The position numbers and the translations under genes were made by a program. Of a stretch of 64,000 bases of DNA, positions 63,648 to 64,000 are shown one piece after another; the first letter of the stretch is position 1; the number at the start of each line of letters is the position of its first letter. This DNA is from Escherichia phage pEC-M719-6WT.2: sequence record OQ845958.1; one strand, 5' to 3'. The notes beneath the pieces were generated by a model. The model was not told where the DNA came from, did not search any database, and was given only the letters and a program-made list of their open reading frames with translations.

Positions 63648-64000
63648 ATGACTACTATCGATTCAAGTGTTTACATTCGCCGCAATAAACTTCGTCGCAT
63701 TTTTGAAACGGAGTTCCTCAAAATTAATAATGCTATCAACAAGGCTTGTAAAGAAGCAGGCCTTGAGGCATTCTTCATTAAGTACAGTCCGCACCTGTTG
63801 GACCGTGCAATCCAACGTGAAATTGATGAACAATATGTTTTTGACTTGTTTGGAAAAATCACACCACATGTAAAAGAAATCGTTGAATTCCTGGAGATGA
63901 AACCACTCCCGGAAGTTGAAGCACAAATTGACCCGAATGTGAACTATCGTCCACTTCGTCTGGAAATCACAGACAAGAACCTGTGGTTAGGAATGACAGT
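63648..64000 (+). CDS. regB: RegB endoribonuclease, N-terminal part (runs off window end)
   Basis: Strong match to T4 RegB N-terminus (IRRNKLRR.FE.EF..INN, KYS.HLLDRAIQREIDE.YVF.LF, YRP.RLEITD.NLWLG); ATG 63648 after AAAGGAG. Confidence 0.9.
   Translation, partial: MTTIDSSVYIRRNKLRRIFETEFLKINNAINKACKEAGLEAFFIKYSPHLLDRAIQREIDEQYVFDLFGKITPHVKEIVEFLEMKPLPEVEAQIDPNVNYRPLRLEITDKNLWLGMT

Overview
This window is a contiguous segment of a T4-like (T-even type) myovirus genome; most long ORFs match T4 proteins I recognise by sequence. Minus strand, in order: baseplate hub genes 29(partial)-28-27-51, then the long late block 53-5-5.1-5.4-6-7-8-9-10-11-12-wac-13-14-15-16-17-18-19-20-67-68-21-22-23-24. 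Plus strand: 26-25-uvsY, inh-hoc-rnlB, 4-2-3-1-57A-57B, then a roughly 12 kb plastic region of small ORFs with two tRNAs, ending nudE-e-denV-regB(partial). Departures from the T4 layout: a tandem second copy of vertex gene 24, an HNH endonuclease between uvsW and uvsW.1, and a Seg-like GIY-YIG endonuclease between neck genes 13 and 14. The most interesting signal is in the plastic region: at least seven, probably eight, small proteins carry an N-terminal capsid-targeting-sequence-like motif (MKTYQEFIxE), suggesting an expanded set of virion-packaged internal proteins that could be injected anti-defence effectors. Also present are two tandem small-protein families defined by conserved C-terminal tails, recurring early-promoter stem-loop cassettes, a repeated middle-promoter-like cassette with two copies pointing antisense into late genes, and a pair of covarying hairpins beside the tRNAs. 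All calls rest on reading the sequence and the supplied ORF track plus recalled T4 sequences; no database search was run. The track accepts non-ATG starts, so several starts were moved to internal ATGs.
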